DNA of 64,000 nucleotides from Malacoraja senta (GCA_038087875.1 CM075991.1:3472001-3536000), one strand, 5' to 3'. Shown: positions 1-13,200, numbered from the stretch's first letter. Made by a program: numbers and translations. Notes: generated from the letters alone by a model not told the origin.

Positions 1-738
1 GATTCACCACCCTCTGGCTAAAGAAGTTCCACAGATTCACAAATTCCACAGATTCGCCACCCTCTGGCTAAAGAAGCTAAAGAGTTCACCGTACCTTGGT
101 ACACCTGACAATAAACTAAACTGAACTGAGAGGAGGCTAAAGGGGTAGCAAGGAGCCAGATTGAATTTGTACTCTTTTTACTGAATAAGACATACTCGGG
201 CAATCTTGTACTTTGTTAGTTTATTACTAGTGAAGCAACTGTATTGGAGCAGACACCAAACGCTGGAGTAACTCAGCGGGACAGCCAGCATCTCTGGAGA
301 GATGAATGGGCGATGTTTCGGGTCGAGACACTTCTTCAGGTCTGAAGGAGGGTCTCGACCCGAAACTTTACCCTCTCCTTCTCTCCAGGGATGCTGCCTG
401 TCCCGCTGAGTTACTCCAGCTTTTGGTGTCCATCTTCGGTTTAAACAAGCATCTGCAGTTCCTTCTTACACAACTGTACTGGGACAGCTTGGAACATTCG
501 TATTACAGTTTGTACTCTTGTTATTCTCAGTACTTCTGCCAAGTGTGGCTCGGCATGGAGGAGGGATGATTCATCGACTGAGGAGGAGTGGCAGGTGGTA
601 ATCAAGAGGATTGCTCACCTTTGTTTGACATGATACTGGAGGCATTCCCAGGTGCACTTCTTCTGACCTGTATTGCTCAATAGAAACATCTCTTGGTAGG
701 TCCTGCCATGGACCTACCTATGCATTATGGTGGAGGAT

Positions 739-1240
739 TAGGATTGCCAATTGTTCCGTATTAGCCGGGACATCCCGTGTATTGGGATCAATTGGTTTGT
801 CCCGTACGGGACCGCCCTTGATCTGTATTTGACTGCTACTACTCGGGTCGAGGGGACTGTCGGGTCGGAGCACCGCGTCCGGCCCCGCCTCACCCGTCCC
901 GACGTAGTGCAGCCCATGGTGTGCAGCAGCAGCAGCTCCTCGCCCGTGGCCCCGTCGCTCGGCAACCCGGCCACCCGGCCAGCTGCCCGACCTTCGGACC
1001 GTTGCTTACCGCCAACACCACCACCACCCCTTCTCATGGCCGATCATCGGTTCATGAGTTGGATGGGGTGCTGGACTTCGCAGCTGGCCTGCCGGCTGGG
1101 CTTTGTGTGCAGTCCAGCACCCGGGCCAACTCATCGTTCACCCAGCCACAGCCGAGTCGGTCAATGAATTGCAGTCAGGAATTTGTCCCTTCCTTTGACC
1201 TTTTGTCCCTTATTCAGGAGTGAGAACGTTGGCAACCCTA
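739..1240 (+). mobile_element. Non-autonomous hAT DNA transposon (MITE), family A
   Basis: TIRs TAGGATTGCCAA...TTGGCAACCCTA, with a perfect 8-bp TSD TGGAGGAT (731-738 and 1241-1248). GC-rich interior with GGGAC/GTCCC subterminal motifs. Second copy at 36783-37294. Confidence 0.85.
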
Positions 1241-1291
1241 TGGAGGATCCAAGACTATCGGCAGTAAGGTCATTATATCAGGCCACAAGGA

Positions 1292-1580
1292 GCGGCACGG
1301 TGGCACAGCGGTAGTGTTGTTGCTTCACAGCGCCACAGACGCGGGTTCGATCCTCACTCTGGGTGCTGTCAGCACGGAATTGGTACCTTCACCCTGTGAC
1401 CGCATGGGTTTCCTCCGGGTGCTCCGGTTTCCTCCCGCATTCCAAAGACCTGCAGGTTTGTAATTACATTAGTCTCTGTAAATTGCCCTTAGTGTGTAGG
1501 ATAGAACTAGTGGACGGGACGATCGCTGGTCTGCGAGGTCTCGGCGGGCCGAAGGGCCAGTACCTCTCAGCTAAACGAAA
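1292..1580 (+). mobile_element. HE1-like tRNA-derived V-SINE (representative copy; ends approximate)
   Basis: tRNA-like head (GGCACGGTGGCACAGCGGTAG...GGGTTCGATCC, A/B boxes), central TGGGTTTCCTCCGGGTGCTCCGGTTTCCTCCC domain, CR1-like tail GGGCCGAAGGGCC. Dozens of similar copies on both strands, e.g. ~2668-2960 -, 6466-6780 -, 17070-17380 -, 21380-21660 +, 34865-35185 -, 36115-36440 -. Confidence 0.85.
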
Positions 1581-3329
1581 ATGACTTACAATATTGGAAT
1601 CTTCAGCAAAGCACAAAGTGCTGGAGTAAATCAGCGGGTCAGGCAGCATCTGTGGGGGCGAATGGATCCTTCTTCGGACTGATTGTGGTAGAGGAGGAAC
1701 GATGGAAAAGAGAGCTCAGTGTGGAACAAAGCCCAGCAAGTAATAGATGGATGGAGGTGAGGGTGGAGAGGGGGGGCGTGGAGGAGGGGGGGGGGGGAGG
1801 GTAATGGTGGAATAGGTGACTAAGGCCAGCGATAAAAATTAGTTGGAAAGGTGTCAGATAAGGAGAGAGGAGAAGTGAAATGTAAAACCAGTGGGATGGA
1901 AAATGTTTCCCAACCTGCAACATTGTCTGTCCATTCCCCCCATGGATGCTGCCCGACCTGCTGAATTACTCTAGCATGTGGTGTTTTTGTCATTATCAGG
2001 ACATAAGGTCATAAGTGATAGGTGAAGAATTAGGTCATTCGGCCCATCAAGTCTACTCCGCCATTCAAACATGGCTGATCTATCTCTCCCTCCTAACCCC
2101 ATTCTCCTGCCTTCTCCCCATAACCTCTGACACCTGTACTAATCAAGAATCAATTTATCTCTGCCTTAAAAATATATCAACAGGCTGGATGGGCCGAAGG
2201 GCCTGTTTCCACACTGTATCAAACCTGGGTCCGTGGCTCTGTAAGACAGTAGCTCTGCCGCTGCACCACCGCCGTGCAGCCCACAATATGGATCACAGGC
2301 AGGCAGGCAGGCAGAGGAGATTAGCAACTGGGCATCATATTCAGCACAGACACTGTGAGCCAGAGGGCCTTTACTGAGTGGGCACTGTTCTCTGTACTGT
2401 GTTCTCAGGGCAGAAGTGAACCAGTTGGGCTTTTGCAATAAATTTCATGCCCCATGACTGAGACGAGTTTTTTTTAGAAAGCATCTTGATAGCTCATCCA
2501 GGGAGTTAACCAATGCACTATCAATTCCATTGCATGCAGAGACGCATTGCATTAATACTTGAAGCAAAAACATCTCAGTTGTTACCAGGAGAGTGAACTC
2601 AATTAATAACACTTTCAGAGAGCTAGTATTGACAAATTTGGCAAATGGCTTCTATTTGTAGTATTTTCGTTTTAGAGATACAGCTTGGGAACAGGCCCTT
2701 TGGCCCACCGAGTGTGTGCCGAACAGCAACCATTCCGTGCACTAATTCTATCCTGCACAATAGAGACAATTTACAGAGGCCAATTAACCGAAAAACCCGC
2801 ACGTCTTTGGAGTGTGGGAGGAAACCAGAGAACCTGGAGTAAACCCACGCAGATCACGGGGAGAACGTACAAACTCCATACAGACGGCACCCGCAGTCAG
2901 GATTGAACCTGGGTCTCTGGGGCTGTTAGGCAGCAACTCTACCGCTGTGCCATTGTGCCACACTATTACTGTACTGTACAATTTATAATTCCATTCTGAT
3001 TTTTATGGCCCAATTTAGCAAATGCTTTCCACCAAAATCAGCAAATGCACTTTCCATCCTAAATTGTACACGTGTATCTTTGTAGACACAAGGAAGTACA
3101 GATGCTGGAATCTTGAGAGACTTGGATGTGTGTCGGACAGGACTGGACAAGGGGGGGACAAGATTGAATTGGGACATTCGAGGATGAAAATCATGTGCAT
3201 AAAATCATGAGAGGAATAGATTGGGTGGATGCACAATGTGTATGAAGGAACTGCAGATGCTGGTTTAAACCCAAAGATAAACACAAAATGCTGGAGTAAC
3301 TCAGCAGGACAGGCAGCATCTCCAGCCAA

Positions 3330-4246
3330 AATGCTCCTCCTGGGCTAATAAGGGCATTTTGGGCAAAAGGGACAGGTTTCTCACCAAATAGGGGCCTTGT
3401 GGGCTGAAATTAGTGGTTTCAGGCAGGCCAAATAACTAATTTCATTTCCATTTCAATTTCAAGCATAGGGCAGGCCAAACAACTCATTTAATTTCCATTT
3501 CCATTTCAATTTCCAGCACAGGGCAGGCAAACAACTCTTTTCATTTCCATTTCCATTTCAATTTCAAGCACAGGGCAGGCCAAACAACTCATTTCATTTC
3601 CATTTTCCATTTAGTTCAAGCACAGGGCTGGTAAAACAACTCGTTTTCTTTTCATTTCATTTAATTTCCATTTCCATTGCAGTTTCAAGCACAGGCCAAG
3701 CCAAACAGCTCATTGCATTTTCATTTCATTTCCATTTCCATTGCAGTTTCAAGCACAAGGCAGGCCAAACAGCTAATTGCATTTTCATTTCATTTCCATT
3801 TCATTGCAGTTTCAAGCACAGGGCAGGCCAAACAACTCATTTCATTTTCTTTAAGGCTAACAAATCATTTATTGCAAGTACATTGCAGACTCACAGTTCA
3901 ATTGATTCACAGCTTAGAATCACAGTTGTGGCCTCTCCCTCGCGATCTTCAAGAGTGACAGACTCACATCCAGGCATCCAGGGGTTTATAGTCCTGCCCC
4001 CCCCCCCCCAGAAGGGGCGTTTCCTTCATCATGGTGATTGACAGGCGAGAGGACCAATCAACTGATCTCAAGGTTTTTTTAAACACACATAACTTTTTTA
4101 TTTTTCATCGATCGGAAAAATCCTTGAGGCTGCCTCAGTGGAGGAGGATTGTGAGTAAGATATAGTGATATAGGGTAGCGTTTTTTCTAAAATCAATACA
4201 CAGTGCAGATAGGAAGTGGTCAAGTTGAGACTTTTAGTTATATAGA
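3330..4246 (-). mobile_element. Putative non-autonomous Helitron-like element (5' end visible, 3' end not found)
   Basis: Minus strand begins A|TCTATATAACTAAAAG at 4246, resembling Helitron 5' termini. It encloses a minisatellite. No CTAG/hairpin 3' end is seen; the left side abuts a Penelope remnant. Confidence 0.4.
3420..3850. repeat. Minisatellite, ~7-8 units of ~50-70 bp
   Basis: Unit GCAGGCCAAACAACT-(CATTT/CCATTT)n-TTTCAAGCACAGG repeated in tandem, with a variable number of internal pentamers/hexamers. Confidence 0.9.
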
Positions 4247-7200
4247 TTTTTGTTTAGACCTGTATTTTTGTGGACATTTTTTTTGGTTGCATTCAATTGT
4301 TTGAAAAGCTCTTTACAAATAAAGCTATTATTATTATTATTAAGAATCAGAGGGGTAACTTTTCCACACAAAGGGAGGTGGGTGTATGGAACAAGCTGCC
4401 ATAGGACGTAGTTGAGGCTGGGACTATCCCATCGTTTAAGAAACAGTTGGACAGGTACATGGATAGGACAGGTTTGGAGGTATATGGATCAAACGAGGGC
4501 AGCTGGGACCAGTGTAGCAGGGACATGTTGGCCGGCGTGGGCAGGTTGGGCCGAAGGGCTTGTTTCCACACTGTATCACTTTATGACCGTATGACTAAAA
4601 GATGGCAATGGGCAGTGGGGGAACTGTAAAGTTGAAGGCTGTAGGGGGTGGGGGGGAGATCGTCAGAGATGATGAGACCAGAAATGCCGCCTATCCATTC
4701 CCTCCACAGATGCTGACTGCCCGTCGAGTTTTTTCACTCTACATTTGCCCACTATTATTTCCTTGCCGGTTTGCCAAGTTCTTTACTAAGATGTTCTGTT
4801 TGTAAAAGAGACAGTTGTGATTTTTGCCATTTTCCCTTTGACAGAACGTTAAACTGCCTAGGTACATTGGCTGCTAATCTGACAAAGATTAACAGATTCT
4901 TGAATAGTAAGGGTGTCAAAGGGTTATGGGGAGAAGGCGGGAGAGTGGGGCTGAGAGGGAAAGATAGGTCAGGCATGATTGAATGGCGAGTAGACTCGAT
5001 GGGCTGAATGCTTAACTGTGCTCCTATAACTTGTGAACTTGTCTTCAGCAGGCCAGCAACAAAGGAGCAGCAACTGAAGAGAACAATCGCCTTCAGTTCC
5101 ACATTATTTAAAAAAAATTGATAACTAGAAATGATTTAGAGTAATAGGAAAATTACATACAAAAACGGTAATTTTTTTTCCCTTTGTAGGAGTTTGGCTC
5201 ACGATGAGATAACATCTTAACATATCTCCCAGCTTTTCAATATTCAATTCCCCAAAACAGCTGTCATTATCTAAAAATAACTGCTAATGCATTATCAAGT
5301 CGTCAAGTTGGTAAATTGTCATATTCACAAGTATGGTCGGGTGCAGGTACAATGAAAATCTGTGTTATTCTACTTACTGAACTGTGAGCCAAGGTGGGAC
5401 TGAGGTTGGAGCTGCCACCTCACAATGCCCAGGGTCCGGGGGTCGATTGTGACCTCTGGATCTGTCTGCCTGGAGTTTGCGCATTCTACCTGTGATCACC
5501 TGGCTTTCTCCTGGCGCTCCGGTTACCTCCCACAATGCAGAGGTAGGTGCTGTTGGGAATTATTTCTTTGTGTGGGTTCATGGCAAAAATGAACCAAAGA
5601 GGTTCCAGGGGTACCTGTGAGAAAGGAAAGCTGCTCATGGATAGGACGGGTTTGGAGGGATATGGGCAGGTGGGTCTAGTGTAGCTGGGACCTGTTGGCC
5701 GGTGTGGGCAAGTCGGCCGAAGAGCCCATTTCCACACTGCATCACTCTATGACTATGAGTCTACTGCCATTGAATCATGGCTGATCTTCTTTACCTCTGA
5801 ACCCCAAACTCCTGCCTTCTTCTCATAACCCCAACACCATTACTAATCAAGAACCTATCCATCTCCCGTTTTACCCATTGACTTGGGCCTCCACCGCCAT
5901 CTGTGGCAATGAATTCCACAGATTCACGACCGTCTGACTAAAGAAATTCTCGAAGGGCCTGTTTCCATGCTGTATCACTCTATGACTATAAAGAAGGAGA
6001 TGGGAATTGGATGAATGGTGTTGCTTCCTGAGGAGCTAGCATGGACCTGACAGGCTGAATGGCATTTCTGTGTATAATAAAAAATAATAACAATCATTTT
6101 ATTGTATTTTTAGTATCACAAAAAAGAGGGAAATCAAATTGAGACACAAGAGACCGCTGATTCTGGAACCTTGTGGATACCACAAAATGCTGGAGGAACT
6201 CAGCAGGTCAGGCAGCATCTGTGGTGGGATGTTTCACATTGGGAATCATTTTCCATCCCTCTGGTTTTACATTTCACTTCTCCTCTCTCCTTATCTGACA
6301 CCCTTCCATCTCATTTTCATCTCAAGCCTTTGCCACTTACTCCACCTATGTGTCATTCTAACTGACCAGACTGAAGAAGGGTCTCGACCAGAAACGTCCA
6401 CCTAATACTTTTCTCCAGAGATGCTGCCTGACCCACTGAGTTACTCCAGCTTTTTGTGTCTATTTAGTTTAGTTAGGGATGCAGCACGGAAATAGGCCCT
6501 TCGGCCCACCGAGGTCCGCGTCGACCAGAGATCCCCGCACCCTTAACACTATCCTACACACACTAGGACGATTTACACACACACCAAGCCAATTAACCTA
6601 CAAACCTGTACGTCTTTGGAGTTTGGGAGGAGACCGAAGATCTCGAAAAAACCCACGTGGTCATGGGCAGAACGCACAAACTCCGTACAGGCAGCACCTG
6701 TAGTTTGGATCGAACCCAGATTTCCGGCGCTGCAAGCGCTGTAAGGCAGCAACTCTACCGCTGCGCCACCGTGCCGCCCTCTATCATATGTAGTCATAAT
6801 CCTGAAGAAATTCGTCCTCATTCTCCAGACTGTGCGACAGAGTAACACAGAAACACAAAGAAGATTTACGAGGATGGTGCCAGGACCAGAGGGTGTGAGC
6901 TGTAGGAGAGGTTGAGTCAGCTGGGTCTCTATTCCTTGGAGCGCAGGAGGAACTTATAGACGTGTACACAAACATGAGAGGAATAGATGCGGGTAGATGC
7001 ACAGAGTCTCTGCCCAGAGTGAGGGAATCAAGCACCAGAGGACATCGGTTCAAGATGAAAGGGAAAAGATTGAATAGGAATAGGGGTAACTTTTTAACAC
7101 AAAGGGTGGTAGGTGCATGAACAAGCTGCCAGAGGAGGTAGTTGAAGCTGGGATTATCCTATCTTTTAAGAAACAGTTAGACAGGTACATGGAATGGACA

Positions 7201-9169
7201 GGTTTGGAGGGATATGCAGGCAGGTGGGACTAGTGTAGCTGGGACATGTTGGCCGGTGTGGGCAAGTTGGCCGAATGGCCTGTTTCTCCACTGTATCACT
7301 CTATGACTATAATACGTGTTTAACGCTGGACTTCAGTGAAGTATTGCAGTGCGATAGTGAGAGACGGCTTAGTTATCAGAGGTGTCCGATTCATTAAACA
7401 GTGGCATCCATCTTTCCAATTCACATGCCTGATAACATTGCTGAAAACAAGCCTGAAAGCTCTCTTGCCTTCAATAACATTACTACGAAAACACCTTAAC
7501 TGGTAAATTATTGCAGCTTAAATGGAGTGTGACCTGTTCAGCTGAAGTAAATACCGCAGGAGATGTCACAGTCGTTGAGTTATGTTATCGACACAAAGTG
7601 CTGGGGTTTACTCAGGGGTCAGGCAGCATCTCTAGAGAACTGGATAGGAGATGTATCGGGTCGGGATCTTGGTACAGAACCTGAAGAAGGGTCACCTATC
7701 CGTATTCCTCAGAGATGCTGCCTGACTCGCTTGGGTTACTCCAAGTACTTTGTGTCTTCTTTTGTAAACAGCATCTGCAGTTCCTTGTTTCTACATAGAA
7801 TGATGTAGCATGGCCCACCGGTACACACTGACCAACCATCACACGTTCACACCAACGTGGAGGTCACATTGGCGCCCGCGGTAGAGTTGCTGCCTGGATT
7901 CGAATCTAAACTACGGCTGCTGTCTGTTTCCGTGCTGTATCTCTAAACTAAACTAAACTAAACTAATCCTACATCAATCTCTTGCTTTTATTCCCCCCAG
8001 TTCTCACCTACAGATTGGAGCCATTTTACAGTGGCCTTTTCATCTGCAGCCTTCCACTTCAGCTTTGGGATGTGGAAGGAAGCCAGAACATCCGGAGGAA
8101 CCCATGCAGTTACACAAGTACATGCAAACTCCAAATAGACAGCGCCGGAGGTTGGGATTGAACCGGGTCTCTGGCAATGTGAGAACGAGAAGGACGTGGA
8201 GGCTTTGGAGAGGGTGCAGAAGTGGTTTAGCAAAATTCTGCCTGAATTATTAGTAAATTCACTGGAATTTAGAAAGATGAGATGGGATTTAATAGAAATA
8301 AATAAAATTCCTTAAGGGATTGGACAGGCTAGATGCAGGAAAAATGTTCCCGATGTTGGGGTAGTCCAGAACCAGGGGTCACAAAGTTTAAGAATAAGGG
8401 GAAGGCCATTTAGGACTGAGATGAGGAAAAACTTTTTCACCAGAGAGTTGTGAATCTGTGGAATTCTCTGCCACAGAAGGCCGTGGAGGCCAATTCACAG
8501 GATGTTTTCAAGAGAGAGTTAGATTTAGCTCTTCGGGCTACGGAATCAAGGAATAGGAGGAGAAAGCAGGAACGGGGTACTGATTTTGGATGATCAGCCA
8601 TGATCATATTGAATGGCGGTGCTGGCTCGACGGGCCGAATGCCTACTCGTACACCTGTTTTCCATGTTTCTATGTATTAGATACAAGGGATGTTGGGAAA
8701 ACCTGGATTGATTTCTATGGAGCGTCGAAGGTTAAGGGGACACCTGACAGAAGTTTATGAAATTAGAGAGAGGCATTAATGGTCAGGTCCTTTTTCCCAG
8801 GCTGGAAGTGTCAAAGACTAGAGGGCATAGTTTTAAAGTCAAGAGGGGGAAGGTTTAAAGGAGATGTGTGGGCATGTTTTATAAACGGAGGATGTTGGAG
8901 ACCTGAACATGAGGCCAGGGGTGGTGGTGGAGGCAGGTAAGATGGTGGCATTCCAGAGAAAACAATCCAAGTCTATCCAACTTCTCCCTGTCGCTGAAAC
9001 CCTCTAACCAAGGTGGCATTCCGGCAGGAAACCTCCTCTACAACCTCTCCACAGCTTCCACATCTTTCCTCTAATGGGGAGACCCTGAACATTTAGTTTA
9101 GTTTAGAGATACAGCGCGGAAACAGGGCCTTCGACCCACCGAGTCCGCGCCGGACCAGCGAACCTCACA

Positions 9170-9752
9170 AGGGCCTGTCCCACTTGGGCGACCTAACCCG
9201 CGAGTTCTGGCGAGTTTGCCCTCGACGCATACATCTCAGCATGGTCGACACGAGGTCGTAGGAGGTCTTCGTAACTCTCCTTCATGCTCGAGAGTGGTTT
9301 CAGCGTACTTGAGGCCTCAGCTAGGACGTGGAGTTTTTTTCAATATGTTAAAAATGCCCCGAGTAAAAAAAGGTCGTCATGGAAAAAATCGATACTTTTC
9401 TTACTCGTAGGTTTAGTCGTAGTAGGTCGTAGTAGGTCGGCATGTTAGTCGTAGGTGATCGAGGGTAGTCGAAGGTAATCGAAGGTTATCGAAGGTAGTC
9501 GTAGACAGTCTTCATCATAGTCGAAGGGAGATCGAAGGGAGGGTGAAGGAGATCAAAGGAGGTCGTCTTCACTCTCCACTATTCCGATGTCCAATTTTCC
9601 CGAAGTTAGTCGTAGCTAGTCGTAGCTAGTCGACGCTGGTCTTCAACATAGTCGAAGGAGGTCTTCTACATAGTCGAAGGAGGTCTTCAACATGTCATTT
9701 TTTCAAACTCTTCTGAACTCGCCAATAAGGTCGCCCAAGTGGGACAGCCCCT
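9170..9752 (+). mobile_element. Non-autonomous TIR element (putative PIF/Harbinger-like MITE) nested in a SINE
   Basis: TIRs AGGGCCTGTCCCACTTGGGCGACCT...AGGTCGCCCAAGTGGGACAGCCCCT, with an internal 10-bp GAAGGTARTC-like periodicity. The host SINE (9093-9169) resumes at 9753. Second copy at 29920-30429. Confidence 0.75.
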
Positions 9753-9911
9753 TAACACTATCCTACACACACGAAGGACAATTTATACTCTAACGAAGCT
9801 AACATGGACATCTTTGGAGCGTGAGAGGAAACCGAAGATCTCGGAGAAGACCCACGCGGTCACGGGGAGAACGTACAAACTCCGTACACGTTGCCAGGAT
9901 TGAGCACAGAT

Positions 9912-11082
9912 ACATAGATACATAGAAAATAGGTGCAGGAGTAGGCCATTCGGCCCCTTCGAGCCTGCACCGCCATTCAATATGATCATGGCTGATCATC
10001 CAACACAGTATCCCCGTACCTGCCTTCTCTCCATACCCCCTGATCCCTTTAGCCACAAGGGCCACATCTAACTCCCTCTTAAATATAGCCAATGAACTGG
10101 CCTCAATACCCTCTGTGGCAGAGAGTTCCAGAGATTCACCACTCTCTGTGTGAAAAAGTTTTTCCTCATCTCGGTCTTAAAGGATTTCCCCCTTATCCTT
10201 AAGCTGTGACCCCTTGTCCTGGACTTCCCCAACATCGGGAACAATCTTCCTGCATCTAGCCTGTCCAACCCCATAAGAATTTTGTACGTTTCTATAAGAT
10301 CCCTCTCAATCTCCTAAATTCTAGCGAGTATAAGCCAAGTCTATCCAGTCTTTCTTCATTGTAAGTCTGACATCCCAGGAATCAGTCTGGTGAACCTTCT
10401 CTGCACTCCCTCTATGGCTATAATGTCCTTCCTCAGATTTGGAGACCAAAACTGTACGCAATACTCCAGGGTGGTCCCACCAGACCCCTGTACAACTGCA
10501 GTAGAACCTCCCTGCTCCTATACTCAAATCCTCTTGCTATGAAGGCCAACATACCATTCGCTTTCTTCACTGCCTGCTGCACCTGCATGCCTACTTTCAA
10601 TGACTGGTGTACCATGACACCCAGGTCTCGCTGCATCTCCCCATTTCCTAATCGGCCACCATTTAGATAATAGTCTGCCTTCCGTTTTGCCACCAAAGTG
10701 GATAACCTCACATTTATCCACATTATACTGCATCTGCCAAACATTTGCCCACTCACCCCAGCCTATCCAAGTCACCTTGCAGTCTCCTAGCATCCTCTCA
10801 CAGCTAACACTGCCCCCCAGCTTAGTGTCATCCGCAAACTTGGAGATGTTGCTTTCAATTCCCTCGTCCAGATCATTAATATAAATTGTAAATAGCTGGG
10901 GTCCCAGCACTGAGCCTTGCGGTACCCCACTAGTCACTGCCTGCCATTGTGAAAAGGACCCGTTTACTCCTACTCTTTGCTTCCTGTTTGCCAGCCAGTT
11001 CTCTATCCACATCAATACTGAACCCCCAATACCGTGTGATTTAAGTTTGTATCCTAATCTCTTATGTGGTACCTTGTCGAAA
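9912..11082 (-). mobile_element. CR1 LINE, 5'-truncated, frameshifted RT and 3' UTR
   Basis: AFDKVPHKRL...GVPQGSVLGPQLFTIYINDLD...SKFADDTKLGG; downstream RTRGHSL / FFTQRVVNLWNSLP; (TTTCTATG)-type tail. Confidence 0.95.
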
Positions 11083-12427
11083 GCACGCGTCTGTGGCACT
11101 CCAAGTGCTGTGAAGGCTGCAACTCTACTGCTGTGCCCGCACGCCACCGAACTACACCCAATATTCCAATGTGGCACACAAAGTCCCATAGAGCGGCATC
11201 TTGACCATGACCTTTGTTGTCGTAGCATCTAATATTCCTGTAAAACTGCAGCAAGCAAAAAAGTCTTTATACTTGTTCATTTCTGGTGCATATGGCAATT
11301 AAACACACTTTAACTCGAACTCTAATATTATTTGTTTCATTAAAGTCATAGAGAGAGAACTACAGAGATGGCATTTTGACCTACTGAGCCTACACCAACC
11401 ATTTCCACTAATCCTCCATTAATTCAATTTTTTTGAATCCTTATTACATTCTCATCACACCTCCAGATTCTACCACTCTCACACACACACGTGGGACAAT
11501 TTACAGCAGCCAATTAACCCACCAACCTACGCATGTAAGAAGAAATAAGGAACAGCTGGTTAATACACGAAAGGACACAGTTCTGGAATGACTCAACGGG
11601 ATACGGACAGGTGACCTTTCGGGTCGAGATCCTTCTTCAGCCTTCTGTGTCCTTTACGTGTCTAAGGATGTGGGAGTAGACCAGAGGACCCAGAAGGTGG
11701 GGTCACAGGGAGAACGTGCAAACTCCACAAATCAGCACTCTTTGTTTCTCATTGCAAAAGTGTCTGAAGATAGACACAAAATGCCAGTGTCACTCAGCGG
11801 GTCAGGCAGCATCTCTGGAGAGAAGGAATGGGTGATGTTTCAGTCTGAAGAAGGGTCTCGACCAGAAACGTCGCCCATTCCTTCTCTCGAGAGATGCTAC
11901 TTGTCCCGCTGAGTTACTCCAACATTTTGTGTATATTCGGTGTAACCCAGCATCTGCAGTTCCTTCCTATACATAGTGACTCTATTTCCTAAATGACTAT
12001 ATGTTAAAAGCACAATTGATGAAATTGTGTTACGAACATCAGGACTGATGTGTTTCTGATGCCATTCCACGTGATATCCATTGCCAAAGATATCTGTCTT
12101 TAGCACACGGTGAAATACAAGCTGAAAATAGGAACTTTGTTTATTTGATATTTGTAGCTTGAAAGCAAAGAGTCCAATACAAATCTCCCATGCTGTTTTC
12201 AGTGTCAGGGTGAAAAGCTGGGACAAGCTGTTCCCTTCGAAATAAATATGTACATTGGAAGCTATTTCAGAATAGGATGGTTAGGGAGCATAGGTTTAAT
12301 CAGCCGCAAATCAGTGACTGACACTTTCTGTTAAGCCAATAATAGTGAGATACAAGCACCTGTGAACCAGAAGATGTCACATCGGTTACAAGCTAAATGA
12401 CATTAAACTGCAACGTTTAACTGTAAG

Positions 12428-13200
12428 ACAAATGCGATTACAAAGGACAAAGGACAAAGGACAAAGGACATTTAATTTGCACATACACCAAATGGTGTAG
12501 TGAAATTTGTCTTGCCATGCAGCACAAATAGACACAATATTAAAGAAATTTATCATAAAACATAAAACATCCCCCCACAATGGTTCCCACTGTGGGGGAA
12601 GGCACAAAGTCCAGTCCATATCCCCTTGTCCACCCATAGTCGGGCCTATTGAGGCCTCCACATTCGCCGCTACGGGGGCCGATGTTACAGGCCCTTCTTT
12701 GCCGGGTGATGGTGCTCATGCGTCGGGAGAACCCTCTCAGCGGCTTGGGATACCTGGAACGGCCGCCTCCTTACCGGAGTCCGCGGCTTCCGAAGCCAGC
12801 AGGCCGCGCTGGATGGAGCTCCACCACTGGCGATCTCGGCGAGAGATCCCAGGCTCCGATGTAAAGTTCAGCGCCGCTGCCCGCAGCTGGTCGCTTCACA
12901 GACCTGCAGATTACACGTCCACCACTGATTTTCCTGGTGGTCTGGCACCTCCTTTACTTGAAATTCCACCCCGGGAGTCCCCCCAACACCCCCCCCCTCC
13001 CCCCCCCCTAAAAATGTGGTGCCTAGGCTGGGTGAGGCGGTCGATCTCGACCTCATCAGGACTTCAGCGGCCGATCGGCGGGTCGAATTTTCCCCCTGCG
13101 GCCGGGGCTCTGGCACACCGGCCCGGCCGGAGCCGGCAAAACCGTTCCCACAGCCGACGGTATCTCGGCCCCTCAGGCGGACTGTTCCGGTAACGTTGGA
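12428..13200 (-). repeat. Unclassified GC-rich interspersed repeat with LINE-like tail
   Basis: Minus strand ends AAATTAAATGTCC(TTTGTCC)n. The GC/CpG-rich body has no recognisable protein motif. A similar architecture occurs at ~56455-56820. Confidence 0.45.

Noticed and set aside
655..700. Minus-strand SIEQY peptide resembling the last ZMAT4 zinc finger
   Set aside because: Flanks (DVSIEQYRSEEVH) lack the CxxC and HxxGxKH residues; chance match.
1292..1365. tRNA genes at SINE heads (many copies)
   Set aside because: A/B boxes run directly into the SINE body and CR1-like tail; no complete cloverleaf or Pol III terminator.
3420..3850. CRISPR-like repeat/spacer appearance
   Set aside because: The 'spacers' are homologous CATTT-type microsatellite runs, not unique sequences; the context is eukaryotic and there are no cas genes.
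12507..13193. 228-aa ORF
   Set aside because: Low-complexity Pro/Ser/Arg translation of a GC-rich repeat; no domain or splice support.
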